Assembly: GCA_963805625.1 (NCBI GenBank)
Contig: CAWDVE010000013.1
Span: forward strand, 128,001 to 192,000
DNA: 64,000 bases
Direction: 5' to 3'
From: an uncultured Candidatus Rokubacteria bacterium
GTDB lineage: Bacteria > Methylomirabilota > Methylomirabilia > Rokubacteriales > DASRDR01
This document shows, in pieces, positions 48,689 through 58,122 of this stretch. Made by a program: the position numbers and the translations under genes. Position 1 is the first letter of the stretch, and each line of letters starts with the position of its first letter. The notes below the pieces were generated by a model that was not told the DNA's origin, did no database searches, and was given only the letters and a program-made list of their open reading frames with translations.

Positions 48689-49447
48689 TCACTCGAGGGT
48701 CAGCCCGCCGTCGACGACGATGGTCGCGCCCGTCACGTACGCAGCGGCCTCGCTGGCGAGAAACACGGCCGCGCCCGCGACGTCCTGGGGACGCCCGATG
48801 CGGTCCATGGGGATGAGGCCCTGCTTCGCCCGCCGGTTCTCGGGCTGGGCGAGGAAGGCCCGGTTCAGGTCCGTCTCGATGGTCCCCGGCGCGATCAGGT
48901 TGACCGTGATGCCCGTCGGCGCCAGCTCGAGCGCCATCGCCTTCGCGAGCTGCATCACGCCGCCCTTCGTCGCCACGTAGTGAGCGATGCCGCGGTTCAC
49001 CGTGAACTGGTTCACCGAGCTGACCATGATGATCCGCCCGCCGGCCCGGCGCGTGACCATGTGGCGCGCCGCCTCCTGACCGATCGCGAAGTATCCACGC
49101 AGGTTGACGGCGTGAACCCGGTCCCACTCGGCGTCGGTCAGGTCGAGGAACGGCACGCGGGACAGGACCGCCGCGCAACAGACGACGACGTCGAGAGCGC
49201 CCAGATCGTCTGCCGCGCGCCGCACCAGGGCTCGCGCCGCCGCCGGGTCGGCGAGATCGGCCGACAGGGCGACGGCGCGTCGGCCGGACGCTCGAAGCCG
49301 GTCGACCAGCTCGAGGGCGACCGCCCCGTCCCCGTAGTAGTGCACGGCAACGTCGGCACCCTCGGCCCCGAGGGCCTCGGCGATCGCTCGTCCGATCCCC
49401 CGCGACCCTGCGCCCGTCACCAGTGCCCCCTTCCCCTCGAGCGACAT
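48689..49447 (-). CDS. SDR family oxidoreductase
   Basis: TGAGSRGIG, YVATK, APG, VDGG. Confidence 0.92.
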   Translation of the reverse strand: MSLEGKGALVTGAGSRGIGRAIAEALGAEGADVAVHYYGDGAVALELVDRLRASGRRAVALSADLADPAAARALVRRAADDLGALDVVVCCAAVLSRVPFLDLTDAEWDRVHAVNLRGYFAIGQEAARHMVTRRAGGRIIMVSSVNQFTVNRGIAHYVATKGGVMQLAKAMALELAPTGITVNLIAPGTIETDLNRAFLAQPENRRAKQGLIPMDRIGRPQDVAGAAVFLASEAAAYVTGATIVVDGGLTLE

Positions 49448-49630
49448 CCCGCCTCCCTCGTTCAGTTGGCGTCAGTTGGTGCGTCGGTGACCTTGCGACC
49501 CGCGGACCGAATCGTGTCAGGAGAACGAGGGCGCGTCAAACCGGCTTCAACTGATGGCTTGTCAGCGCCAGGGCCCTCGACTACCGTGCTCGTGGGAGCC
49601 AGGAATCGTGGCACGTGGGGAGCGGGAGCG

Positions 49631-50701
49631 ATGATCGCGGGGTTCGGCCGGCGCGAACGCTGGGTCGCCTCATTTGCCCTCGGCGCCCTCGCGCTCCTCG
49701 CAATCCCTGCGCTCGCCGAGGTCCGATTGCCCCCGGGGTTCGTGAAGGAGGTGTACGTCACCGGCCAGGGATTCGCGACCGGGCGTGGCTCACGAGGCAT
49801 CCCCGCGACGTCCACTCTCGTCTTCGACCGTTCGGGGAGCCTCTTTCTGGCTCGCACCGGTGCCCGGTACCAGAATTCGGAGACGGACGACCTCACCCCG
49901 GTGTACCGGGTGCCGCCGGGCGGCGGGCGCCTCACGCCTGAGACGGAGTCCCGGTACCTCTACGGGCCGCCGCTGCGGAACGCGCAGACCGTCGCCGTCC
50001 GAGCGGGACTCGAGCTGTTCGTGACGACCTTCGACCGGGATCGGCGGCTCGGCGTCGTCTACCGGGTGATCGACGGGCGTGCCGAGCTCTTCGCCGGCGG
50101 CACACCCCCCCGGGAAGCTCCGCCGCTCCTCCGCCAGCCCGAAGGCGTCGCCGTCGACTCGGCTGGCCGTCTCTACGTCGCGGATCGCGAGTCGGGACGC
50201 GTGCTGCTCCTGGACCCCGCGGGGCGCGTGCTCGACCCGCGCTACGTGGTGGTGCAGCGGCCTCGTGTTCTTGCCACCGACGCGACAGATGCCCTCTGGA
50301 TCGGCGCCGATGGGAATGCCGAGGCGCCCTGGCAGCAAGGTCCCGGGGAGATTTGGCGCGTCCCGCGCGACGGCTCGCCGGCTCTCCTACTCCGCGGACC
50401 GATACCCGCGGCGATCGCGGTGAGCCCGGGCGGCCACCTCCTCGCGGCCGACCGCCAAGGAGCCGAGCTGTTCGCCCTCACCCCGGAGGGTCAGCGCGTC
50501 CCCTTCTTGACCTACACCCAGGGAGACGCGCCGCGGGGTCTCGCCTTCGCCCCCGACACGCCCGAGACGCGGCGGGCAGGGATCGCCGGTGATCTGTTCG
50601 TGGCGACGATCAACGTCGGCGCGTGGCCCGTCAATGAGATCATCCGGATCTCCGGCCCTTTCGACGAGCTGATCCGCCAGCGGGCTGCCGCTTCCCCTTG
50701 A
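49631..50701 (+). CDS. Secreted NHL/SMP-30-type beta-propeller protein
   Basis: Signal peptide ending ALA, PEGVAVD-G-LYVAD, PRGLAF. Confidence 0.7.
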   Translation: MIAGFGRRERWVASFALGALALLAIPALAEVRLPPGFVKEVYVTGQGFATGRGSRGIPATSTLVFDRSGSLFLARTGARYQNSETDDLTPVYRVPPGGGRLTPETESRYLYGPPLRNAQTVAVRAGLELFVTTFDRDRRLGVVYRVIDGRAELFAGGTPPREAPPLLRQPEGVAVDSAGRLYVADRESGRVLLLDPAGRVLDPRYVVVQRPRVLATDATDALWIGADGNAEAPWQQGPGEIWRVPRDGSPALLLRGPIPAAIAVSPGGHLLAADRQGAELFALTPEGQRVPFLTYTQGDAPRGLAFAPDTPETRRAGIAGDLFVATINVGAWPVNEIIRISGPFDELIRQRAAASP

Positions 50702-50739
50702 AGGGGGAGCGCGCCGACGCTGTTTCTTGGGTCCCTGAC

Positions 50740-50756
50740 TTGGCACTCTGCTAGCA
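50740..50756 (+). promoter_or_regulatory. Sigma54-like promoter candidate for the protease gene
   Basis: TTGGCACTCTGCTAGCA with GG-N10-GC spacing; -12 is TAGC rather than TTGC. Confidence 0.4.
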
Positions 50757-50793
50757 TCTCTCCAGCCTGATCGAGGCGAGGGTCGGCGGAACG

Positions 50794-51564
50794 ATGGCCG
50801 AGCAGGAGGGCCGAGTGAGGCGACGGGTCGAGTGGAGAACCGCACTCCTCTGCGCCGGGATGCTAATGCTGGCCGCAGGATGCGCGACGCCACCCCGGGC
50901 GCCGGCTCGCTCTGAGCTCCTGCGCGGTGTGCTGCCGTCCGCGGTCCAGCTCCTGGCAGAGCGTCCAGGCGGAGGGCGCCGTGCGGCATCCGGCGTCGTC
51001 GTCGCGTCGGATTCCGTCCACCGTCGCACCTGGGTCTTGACCGCCGGACACTTCGTCGCGCCCCCGGTTCCCAATGCGGTCTACGTCCGCACGACAGGTG
51101 CGCGTGACCGATTCCGTGCCACCCTCGTGCGAGCGGACAGCGAGTCAGACCTGGCCCTCCTTCTCGTCCCGGATCTGGTGCTGCCGCCCGTTCGGCAACG
51201 CGAGAACGCCCACCTCGGAGACGACGTCTGGGTTGTCGCATTCCCACGAGGCCGCCAGATGACGCTGGCGAGCGGAACGGTCAGTCAGGTCGGCACGGGC
51301 AGCGAGACGGACGCAACCGAGGGGCCGGTGCGGCTGGTCGACACCTCGGTGAGCTACGGCGCGAGCGGCGCCGGCGTCTTCGACGCCGAGACCGGTGAGC
51401 TGATCGGCGTGGTGGAGGGGTACCGGACGGCGCAGATCGCGGCTCGCGACGCGCCGGATCGCATCATGGAGATTCCCGTCCCTGGCGAAACGCTCGTGAT
51501 CTCAACGCAGGCGATCCGCCGGTTCCTGGCCGGCGCTCAGCTCGAAGCCTTCGCACCCCGATGA
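50794..51564 (+). CDS. Trypsin-like serine protease, lipoprotein
   Basis: Lipobox AAGC, TAGH, DLAL, GASG catalytic triad. Confidence 0.82.
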   Translation: MAEQEGRVRRRVEWRTALLCAGMLMLAAGCATPPRAPARSELLRGVLPSAVQLLAERPGGGRRAASGVVVASDSVHRRTWVLTAGHFVAPPVPNAVYVRTTGARDRFRATLVRADSESDLALLLVPDLVLPPVRQRENAHLGDDVWVVAFPRGRQMTLASGTVSQVGTGSETDATEGPVRLVDTSVSYGASGAGVFDAETGELIGVVEGYRTAQIAARDAPDRIMEIPVPGETLVISTQAIRRFLAGAQLEAFAPR

Positions 51565-51609
51565 CGATCGGGCACGCCGCCGACCGGCGTGCCCGATGGC
51601 GTCCCAACG

Positions 51610-51861
51610 CTACTGCGAGACCTGGATCTCGGTAACGACCTTCTTCCCGTCCTTCTCCTCGTACGACGCCTTGACGGTGGCGCCCTCCTTCAGGTCGTCG
51701 GTGGATACCGATTCCGCCAGCCAGAGCTGGGTACCGTCCTCGAGCACGATGCTGCGGTCGCTCGTGTCCACCTTCTGGATCTTGCCAGAGACTTCTTCCG
51801 CCCAGAGCGGCGCTGCGGTGAATGCCAGCAACAGGGCTACGATCGCGAGCTTCTTGAGCAT
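51610..51861 (-). CDS. Small secreted DUF1344-like (OB-fold) protein
   Basis: Signal peptide, GKIQKVD-LEDG, LKEGATVKASYEEKDGK; GGAGG RBS. Confidence 0.8.
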   Translation of the reverse strand: MLKKLAIVALLLAFTAAPLWAEEVSGKIQKVDTSDRSIVLEDGTQLWLAESVSTDDLKEGATVKASYEEKDGKKVVTEIQVSQ

Positions 51862-51982
51862 GGAATCCTCCGTCGGTCGCGCGGAATGCGCGCACCGATC
51901 CGTGTCTCGTTAGGTTTCGGGCCAGCAGGCCGCAACACCTAGGCCAGACGCGGCGCCGGCGGCGTGGATCCGCTGGCGGGGC

Positions 51983-52279
51983 TCAGCAGCTCGGGGGCGC
52001 GCGCGGATGGGTGCTGCTGAGGCTGGTCCCTCTCGCGAACGAGGGCTCCGACGCCAACACGCGGCCGGTCGGGATCGAAAGCAACTCGCGGGTGACGGGG
52101 CGAACGTCGTCGGACTTCGCGTACGCGATTCGAATCGTCTGCAGGATGTCGTCGAGGCCTTGGCCGTCGAAGACACCGGACGTCCAGGGGAGAGGCACGG
52201 GATGCGCGTGCGACAGGGCTCGCAGCGCGAGGAAGATGACGACGGGGAAAAGGCACGCAAACCGTCTGCGGATGGTCAC
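51983..52279 (-). CDS. 98-aa signal-peptide protein ending in RAPP (candidate arrest peptide)
   Basis: GGAG RBS, GTG start, RRR + hydrophobic core + SHA cleavage site, W-G-FD-DD, C-terminus HPRAPPSC. Confidence 0.6.
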   Translation of the reverse strand: MTIRRRFACLFPVVIFLALRALSHAHPVPLPWTSGVFDGQGLDDILQTIRIAYAKSDDVRPVTRELLSIPTGRVLASEPSFARGTSLSSTHPRAPPSC

Positions 52280-52416
52280 GTTCGACTCCAGGATCACAGT
52301 GGACTCCTGGTCCGGCCAAGTCAAGCGTCGCCGGTCGCCGGAGACAGAAACGCAGTCCTGAGAACGACCCGTCGCGCGTCCTCCGCCACGACGGTACTCG
52401 GGGCCGGGCGGCGCCG

Positions 52417-53076
52417 TCAGCGGGCGGTGGCCACTCCCGTGGAGCACGAGACACCAGTGCCCCCGAGTCCGCAGTAGCCTCCGGGGTTCTTGGCGAGGTA
52501 CTGCTGATGATACCCCTCGGCGTAGTAGAACGCCGGGGCGGGACGGATCTCCGATGTGATCGGACCGTAGCCGGCACGGTCGAGCGCGGGCTGATAGGCG
52601 TCGCGGGAGGCAAGCGCCGCCGCGTGCTGGGCGTCGCCGTACGTGTAGATCGCCGAGCGGTACTGCGTGCCAACGTCGTTCCCCTGCCGCATTCCCTGGG
52701 TAGGGTCGTGGGCCTCCCAGAAGACGCGGAGCAGGGCGTCGTAGGAAACCACCTTCGGATCGAACACAACCAGGACGGCCTCGGTGTGACCCGTGCGCCC
52801 CGAGCACACCTCCTCGTAGGTCGGATTCGGGGTCACGCCGCCCGCGTAGCCGGCCGCCGTCGTCCACACGCCCGCGGTCTGCCAGAACTTCCGCTCCGCG
52901 CCCCAGAAGCAGCCGAGGCCGAAGACCGCCTGCTCGAGACCCTCGGGGAAGGGCGGCTTGATGGGCCGCCGCGTCACGAAGTGACGGTCGGGCACCGCGA
53001 TCGGCTCGGTCCGCCCGGGGAGCGCTTCCTCAGTCGTGGGAAAGCCGGCCTTCTTCCGGAACGAGAAGAGCGCCAT
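52417..53076 (-). CDS. msrA: Peptide-methionine (S)-S-oxide reductase
   Basis: [27 protein letters not shown]. Confidence 0.97.
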   Translation of the reverse strand: MALFSFRKKAGFPTTEEALPGRTEPIAVPDRHFVTRRPIKPPFPEGLEQAVFGLGCFWGAERKFWQTAGVWTTAAGYAGGVTPNPTYEEVCSGRTGHTEAVLVVFDPKVVSYDALLRVFWEAHDPTQGMRQGNDVGTQYRSAIYTYGDAQHAAALASRDAYQPALDRAGYGPITSEIRPAPAFYYAEGYHQQYLAKNPGGYCGLGGTGVSCSTGVATAR

Positions 53077-53216
53077 CGGGACCTCCTGGGCCGGGGATCG
53101 TCCCCCGACACGTCCACTCTACACTTAGACGGTCGCTCGAGGCGCATCGGAGCGGCCCCGGTCCAAGGGAGCTCCACGATTGGCGTCCAACGCTCCAGGC
53201 GGGCGGCCCCGATCCG

Positions 53217-54116
53217 TCAGAACGGCCTCCCCGCCAGCGGAAGCGCTCGATACTCGTGCTCCACCCCAGCTCCGGTCAGGCAAACGACGCGGATTCCGGA
53301 GGGATCGTCGCCCAGCGGGTAGCCGACGGAGCCCGTCAGCACCTCTACCATGTCCCCGTCTCGCGCCTCGTGGTTCCGGTGCCAGTGGCCGCAGAACGTC
53401 GCCTGAACCCCGTACCGGCGAAACAACTCGACCACCGGCATGCGGCGCGTTCGGGGCACGGTCCAGTAGCCGGGCGGGCGGCCGGGCGGGCTCGGCGCCC
53501 AGGGGTAATCCTCGTCCGGCTCCTCGGGATGCGCCATGAAGAGCGGCTGGTGAGTGAAGGCGACGACGTGGGAGGCGCCCGCGCGCATCGCGCCCCTCAG
53601 CGCGCCCTCGAGCCACGACATCTGGCGGTCGAAGTCCTCCGGGGCCCGCTCGGGATGCTGGAGGAGACAGGCATTCACGACCACGAAGTGTGCGTCGCCC
53701 TCCTGGAACGCGTAGAAGTCGGGGCCGAAGTCGGCCCGGTAGCGCGCCAGGCTCTCGGGATCAGGGACCTCGTTGTCCGCGCAGGCGTCGTGGTTGCCAG
53801 GGACGTAGTGGATCGGCACGCTCGCCGGTAGCGCGGCCGCGATCCGCTTCACCTCCGCCACCTGGCTCGGATCTCCCGCCGTGTTCACCATGTCGCCGCA
53901 GACGACCACGAAACGCGGCCGCGCCGCGCCTGCCATCGCAATGGCCGCCTCGAAGCGGCGCGTCTCCTCGTGAAAATGCGCCACCTTCGGGGCGGCCCGC
54001 ACGTTGAGGCCATGCCGGCGGTAGCGGACGAGCTCCTCGGGCGTACGGCCGGAGAAGTGGGCAAACTGGCCGAATTGCGGATCGGCCATCTGGACGAAGG
54101 TGAGCGGGGCCGTCAC
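53217..54116 (-). CDS. Calcineurin-like metallophosphoesterase (CPPED1-like)
   Basis: ADPQFG, CGD, PGNHD, HQP, GHWH. Confidence 0.85.
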   Translation of the reverse strand: MTAPLTFVQMADPQFGQFAHFSGRTPEELVRYRRHGLNVRAAPKVAHFHEETRRFEAAIAMAGAARPRFVVVCGDMVNTAGDPSQVAEVKRIAAALPASVPIHYVPGNHDACADNEVPDPESLARYRADFGPDFYAFQEGDAHFVVVNACLLQHPERAPEDFDRQMSWLEGALRGAMRAGASHVVAFTHQPLFMAHPEEPDEDYPWAPSPPGRPPGYWTVPRTRRMPVVELFRRYGVQATFCGHWHRNHEARDGDMVEVLTGSVGYPLGDDPSGIRVVCLTGAGVEHEYRALPLAGRPF

Positions 54117-54157
54117 GGTGAACTCGGAGGGACTAGAACACTCCCCGCGACGCGTCG

Positions 54158-54838
54158 TCAAGAGGTCGTCGGCGCAGAGGCCAGCTCCTCCCATGTCGCC
54201 CGGACGAAGTCCGGGATCACCAGCCGGACGCCGGCCGCACGGAGCTCGTCCTCGGAGCACGTCGTGGCCACTCCGATGACGCGCATGCCCGCCCGCCGGG
54301 CCGCGACCGCGCCGACCGGAGAATCCTCGAAGGCTACGCAGGCGGCGGGCTCCAGGCCAAGTGCCGCGGCGGTTGTCAGGTACACCTCTGGGTCCGGCTT
54401 TCCCAGTCGGACGTCGAGCCCGGTGACGCGGACCGAAAAGGCGTCCGTCAATCCTAGAGCCATCAAGGTCGCCACAACGCGCTCCGGAAGCGCCGACGTC
54501 GCCAGCCCCCGCGGCACCCCGGCGGCACCGAGAGCACGCACGAACTCCACCACGCCGCGCACCGCCGCCACGCGGCCGGCGGAGGCCTCCTCGTAGAGCG
54601 CCACCTTCCGCCCGATCAGGCGCCGCACCTCGTCCGCTGCGATCGGCCGGCCCAACAGCTCCGGCAGCGACTCCCGGACTGGGCGCCCGAGGGTTCGTCG
54701 GACTACCTCGGCCTCGGTGAGCGAAACGCCCTCCTCGAGGCAGAGCCGGCGCCACGCCGTCCCGTGATCCCGCTCGCTGTCCACCAGCACGCCGTCCAAG
54801 TCGAAGACGGCCGCGCGGGACGTCTCCCCGCTACTCAT
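54158..54838 (-). CDS. HAD family phosphatase
   Basis: FDLDGVLVDS, ATS, KPDPE, FEDS-G. Confidence 0.92.
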   Translation of the reverse strand: MSSGETSRAAVFDLDGVLVDSERDHGTAWRRLCLEEGVSLTEAEVVRRTLGRPVRESLPELLGRPIAADEVRRLIGRKVALYEEASAGRVAAVRGVVEFVRALGAAGVPRGLATSALPERVVATLMALGLTDAFSVRVTGLDVRLGKPDPEVYLTTAAALGLEPAACVAFEDSPVGAVAARRAGMRVIGVATTCSEDELRAAGVRLVIPDFVRATWEELASAPTTS

Positions 54839-55908
54839 CTCCGAAACCTGGGCGCGTGTATCTGGGCCACGTCGACCCACCTCTCGCTCGCGGCCGAACG
54901 ATACAGCGCGTCGACAATCTGGAGCGCCTTCCGCGCCTCCACGCCATCCACCAGCGGCGGCCGACCCTCTCGGACTGCGGCCACGAAGTCTCCGATCTGC
55001 TCCGCGTAAGGCTTCACCGACGGTTGAGCAGGGCGACCGACAGCATCCGGGTCGACCGCGACTGTCTGCCCATCCGAAGGGCTCGTGCCCGGGCGCAGCG
55101 AGAGCGCGAGGTGGCCCCAGCTCCCGCTAACCGCCGCCGTGGCATGATCGCCGTGGATCTCGACCGAGGGAGGCTGCTCCGGGACGGCGCCCGTCGTCGC
55201 CTGCACCGCCGCCATCACACCTCCGTCGAACTCGAGCAGGCCGACCGCGACGTCCTCCACCTCGACCGCGTGCACCGCCGTTCCGATACGCGCGACCGCC
55301 CTCCTGGGCATGCCGAGCACCCAGTGCAGAAGGTCGATCATGTGGATCGCCTGGATCATCAGGACCCCGCCGCCCGCCTCCATCCGTCGACCACGCCACG
55401 GGGCGTCGTGGAAGTAGCGCGGCGCACGATGCTCCTTCACCGTGACGGAGGCCATGAACACCCGTCCGAGCGAGCCGCTCGAGACGGCATCGCGAAGGCC
55501 CCGGGCCGCGGGCGTGAACCGGTTCTGGAAGACGCCGGCCAGCGTGACCCCGCTCGCGCGGCATGCCTCGATGAGCTCGTCGGCATCGGCCAGCGTGTGG
55601 GCGATCGCCTTCTCCACCAGCACGTGGCGGCCCGCCCGCGCCGCCGCCCGCACGTACGGCAGGTGGAGGTGGTGCGGTGTCAGCACGGCAACGGCGTCCA
55701 CGGGCGCCCTCGCGGCGAGGATCTCCCCTGTGTCGTAGACCTCGGGAATCCCGTGCCGCCTCGCGAACGCCCGCGCGCGCCCGGAGTCGGCGTCGGCAAC
55801 CGCCCTCACCTCGACGCCGGCGACCATCCGCATCGCGGCCACGTGGATCTCCGCCGCCACTCCCGCGCCGATCAGCCCGAACCGGAATGCCTGGGTGGGG
55901 TCACTCAC
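54835..55908 (-). CDS. Gfo/Idh/MocA family oxidoreductase
   Basis: GLIGAG, TPHHLH, HVLVEK, GGG-QAIHMID, VED. Confidence 0.9.
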   Translation of the reverse strand: MSDPTQAFRFGLIGAGVAAEIHVAAMRMVAGVEVRAVADADSGRARAFARRHGIPEVYDTGEILAARAPVDAVAVLTPHHLHLPYVRAAARAGRHVLVEKAIAHTLADADELIEACRASGVTLAGVFQNRFTPAARGLRDAVSSGSLGRVFMASVTVKEHRAPRYFHDAPWRGRRMEAGGGVLMIQAIHMIDLLHWVLGMPRRAVARIGTAVHAVEVEDVAVGLLEFDGGVMAAVQATTGAVPEQPPSVEIHGDHATAAVSGSWGHLALSLRPGTSPSDGQTVAVDPDAVGRPAQPSVKPYAEQIGDFVAAVREGRPPLVDGVEARKALQIVDALYRSAASERWVDVAQIHAPRFRR

Positions 55909-57499
55909 CGGGCGCCCGGCCCATCCGGCGACTCCAGTCCTGCGCACCCCAATGCTCCCGGAGTCCGAGGCGCCGCGCCTCGAAGACGTCGCTCTCCATG
56001 AGCTTCAGATCGCTCGCGATCGCAGGTCGGAATTCCATCCCGGCGAGCACGTCCTTCTCCAGATCGCATCCAGGGGCGATCTCCCGGAGCTCGACTCCCC
56101 GCGGGCTCAGTCCGAAGACCGCACGCTCCGTGACGTAGAGCACCGGCTTGCCACCGGCCCGAGCCCGGGCGCCGCTGAACGTGATGTGCTCGACCGCTCT
56201 CCGGAACTTGGTGACGCGGCCCCGCTCGACGACATGGATGCGTCCGTCCTCGATCCGAGCATCGCCCGCCTTCCCGAACAGCCCGCAGAAGACGACCTGC
56301 TTCGCGTTCTGCGAGATGTCGATGAAGCCGCCGCAGCCGGGCAGGCGCGATCCGAACTTGCTGACGTTCACATTTCCCGCCGCGTCCACCTCGGCGAACG
56401 ACAGGAACGCGAGGTCCAGACCTCCGCCCTGGTAGAAGTTGAACTGGGAGATCTGGTCGACGATGGCCTCGACATTCGTCTGGGCGGCCAGGGCCCGGCC
56501 ACGCATCGGGAGACCGCCGATCGTCCCCTGCTCGATCGTGATCGTGATGTCGTCGAGCAGATCCTCCTGGGCAGCGACCACCGGCACTCCGTCGGAGATT
56601 CCGAACCCGATGTTGATGACGGCTCCCGGGCGGAGCTCCATCGCCGCGCGCCGCGCGACGAGCATCCGTTCGTCGAGCGACACTGCGGGCGAGCGGCCCC
56701 GGGGCACTCGCAACTCGCCTGAGACGGCCGGGTTGTGGCGCTCGACGCCGTGAATCTGCCAAGCGTCGGGATTCACCACGAGCCCATCCACGAGGATGCC
56801 GGGCACGCGAACCAGCTGCGGGTTCAGGCTTCCCCGCCGCACGACCCGCTTGACCTCGGCCAGCACCAGTCCGCCGTTGGCATGGGCAGCCTGGGCGAGG
56901 GCGAGCGGCTCGAGGATCGCCGGCTCGTGCTCCATGCTCATGTTTCCGAACTCGTCGGCCGTGGTGCCCCGGATGATCGCGACGTCGATCGGCACCACCT
57001 TGAACGATAGCCAATCGGCGCCGTCGATCTCGACCCGCTCGACCAGCTCCTCGGTCGTCACTGCGTTCAGCCGTCCCCCGCTCTGCCGAGGGTCGACGAA
57101 GGTGTCCAGACCGACGTGGGAGACGAGGCGCGGCTTCCGGCTCGCCGCGGCCCAGACCATCTGGCAGACGACGCCCTGAGGAAAGCAGTACGCCTGCACC
57201 TTGTTGGCCAGCGCCAGACTAGCCATCCTCGGCGAGTCCCCCCATCCGGGCGAGACCACCCGCCGCACGAGCCCCTCATGGGCGAAGTGGCTCGCGCCGG
57301 CGTCACCGTCGTCGCCAAACCCGCACGGCTGCACCAGCGTGATCCCACGCGGGTGGCCGTCCGCGAGGAACCGCCGCTCCACCGCGGAGGAGATGGCCTC
57401 CGAGAGGAGCAACCGGCCCGCCCCCTCGATGCCCACGACACTGCCGTCCTTGATCAGTGCCGCCGCCGCCGCCGCGGTCAGAACCTTCGAGTGACTCAT
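55901..57499 (-). CDS. YdiF/Pct-type family I CoA transferase (copy 2)
   Basis: VGLDTFVDPR, RGTTADE-GN, TIEQG catalytic Glu, GGFIDISQ, YVTER. Confidence 0.9.
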   Translation of the reverse strand: MSHSKVLTAAAAAALIKDGSVVGIEGAGRLLLSEAISSAVERRFLADGHPRGITLVQPCGFGDDGDAGASHFAHEGLVRRVVSPGWGDSPRMASLALANKVQAYCFPQGVVCQMVWAAASRKPRLVSHVGLDTFVDPRQSGGRLNAVTTEELVERVEIDGADWLSFKVVPIDVAIIRGTTADEFGNMSMEHEPAILEPLALAQAAHANGGLVLAEVKRVVRRGSLNPQLVRVPGILVDGLVVNPDAWQIHGVERHNPAVSGELRVPRGRSPAVSLDERMLVARRAAMELRPGAVINIGFGISDGVPVVAAQEDLLDDITITIEQGTIGGLPMRGRALAAQTNVEAIVDQISQFNFYQGGGLDLAFLSFAEVDAAGNVNVSKFGSRLPGCGGFIDISQNAKQVVFCGLFGKAGDARIEDGRIHVVERGRVTKFRRAVEHITFSGARARAGGKPVLYVTERAVFGLSPRGVELREIAPGCDLEKDVLAGMEFRPAIASDLKLMESDVFEARRLGLREHWGAQDWSRRMGRAPGE

Positions 57500-57532
57500 G
57501 GCGACCGGCTCACGGCGACCGGCTCACGGCGA
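57500..57532. repeat. 14-bp tandem repeat GGCGACCGGCTCAC x2.4
   Basis: Copies at 57500-57513 and 57514-57527, partial copy to 57532; abuts the start codon at 57499. Confidence 0.85.
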
Positions 57533-57572
57533 GCATTTCATCGCCGCCAGGCCTGAGCCCAGGCGTCCGCCG

Positions 57573-58040
57573 TCACGCATAGGCCGACTTCGCCACGGCC
57601 CGCGTCTCGACCATCAGCCGGTGCTCGCCCTCGTGTACGACCTCCCCACGCTGGTTGACCAACTGGAGAGCCAGGAAGAAGATCCCGCGGCCCGGGTCCT
57701 TGGTCGCGCGCTTGTCCCGGAGTCGGCACCGGACGTGAATCGTGTCTCCCAGAAAGACCGGCTTCCGGAAGTCCCAGGTCCACCCCAGCGATGCGATGCC
57801 GGCGAACTGGTCCGCGCCACCGCGCAGCTTCAGCCCCTCCGTGATCGCGAGCCCCAGGAGCCCGTGGGCGATCCTCCGGCCATACGCCGTGCCCTTCGCG
57901 AACTCCTCGCTGATGTGCACCTCGCTCCAGTCGTCGGACAGGCTTGCGAACGCCACCACGTCGGTCTCGGTGATGGTCCGCGTCCGGGATCTGAACTCTT
58001 CCCCGATCTGGACGTCCTCGTAGTACCGGATCTGCCCCAT
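57573..58040 (-). CDS. MaoC family (R)-hydratase
   Basis: YYED, RTITE, DWSEVH, IAHG, PVFLGDTI. Confidence 0.88.
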   Translation of the reverse strand: MGQIRYYEDVQIGEEFRSRTRTITETDVVAFASLSDDWSEVHISEEFAKGTAYGRRIAHGLLGLAITEGLKLRGGADQFAGIASLGWTWDFRKPVFLGDTIHVRCRLRDKRATKDPGRGIFFLALQLVNQRGEVVHEGEHRLMVETRAVAKSAYA

Positions 58041-58122
58041 GAAGACCTCCCTCTCCCCCAGCCCGGAGCGCTCCGGGCTGGCCCGAATCACACCGTCCCG
58101 TGGCGCCAGCGTGACCGTCCCG

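Noticed and set aside
48014-50701. 895-aa ORF
   Set aside because: The N-terminal part is antisense to metC and the SDR; a signal peptide and GGAG support a start at 49631
50740-50766. CIRCE-like TTGGCACTC
   Set aside because: Second half-site absent
52295-52325. Possible MerR-type promoter (TTGACT with imperfect dyad) upstream of the RAPP ORF
   Set aside because: No convincing -10 at 19-bp spacing and the dyad is weak
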